Position numbers and translations under genes: made by a program. From Eledone cirrhosa (lineage: Eukaryota): 64,000 nt of DNA. Location: assembly GCA_964016885.1 (NCBI GenBank), contig OZ024750.1, forward strand, positions 33,728,001 to 33,792,000, given 5' to 3'. The notes beneath the pieces were generated by a model. It made no database searches. It had not been told where the DNA came from and saw nothing but the letters and a program-made list of their open reading frames with translations. Positions 63,851-64,000 of the stretch are shown here, piece after piece (the first letter of the stretch is position 1; the number at the start of each line of letters is the position of its first letter).

Positions 63851-64000
63851 AGAAAGTTATAATAATAATTGTTTCTGATTTAGACACAAGGCCAACTATT
63901 TTGGGGAAGGGCAAAGTTGATTAAATCGACCCCAGTACATTACTGGTGCTTTATTTTATCAACTCTGTAAGGATGAAAGGCAAACTTAACCTCGGAGGGA

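Overview
AT-rich, repeat-dense animal genomic DNA, most likely from an octopod cephalopod (inferred from the gene and SINE content). It holds one complete 4-exon gene on + (18927-36347) encoding a 182-aa PEBP-family protein that I recognise as octopus lens O-crystallin, with a compact CCAAT/CRE/TATA promoter. It also holds the terminal coding exon of an unidentified polyQ/polyP protein on - (61929-62417), probably followed by a very long 3' UTR. The rest is micro/minisatellites, two tRNA-derived SINE families, RTE and CR1 LINE remnants, a DD37D Tc1/mariner, and hAT, Helitron and piggyBac-type non-autonomous elements. The main unannotated signal is about a dozen minimal hammerhead-ribozyme (HHR) motifs from at least 5 unrelated sequence families. 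They occur (a) once per unit in a 422-bp tandem repeat (820-1914) and (b) in long fold-back palindromes inserted in (TA)n tracts. Most fold-backs end in a shared, covarying bulged 3' stem-loop. This resembles Penelope-like pseudo-LTRs/retrozymes, and several copies lie on the sense strand of crystallin introns. Nearly all long ORFs in the supplied track are artefacts of simple repeats. All alignments and folds were done by eye.
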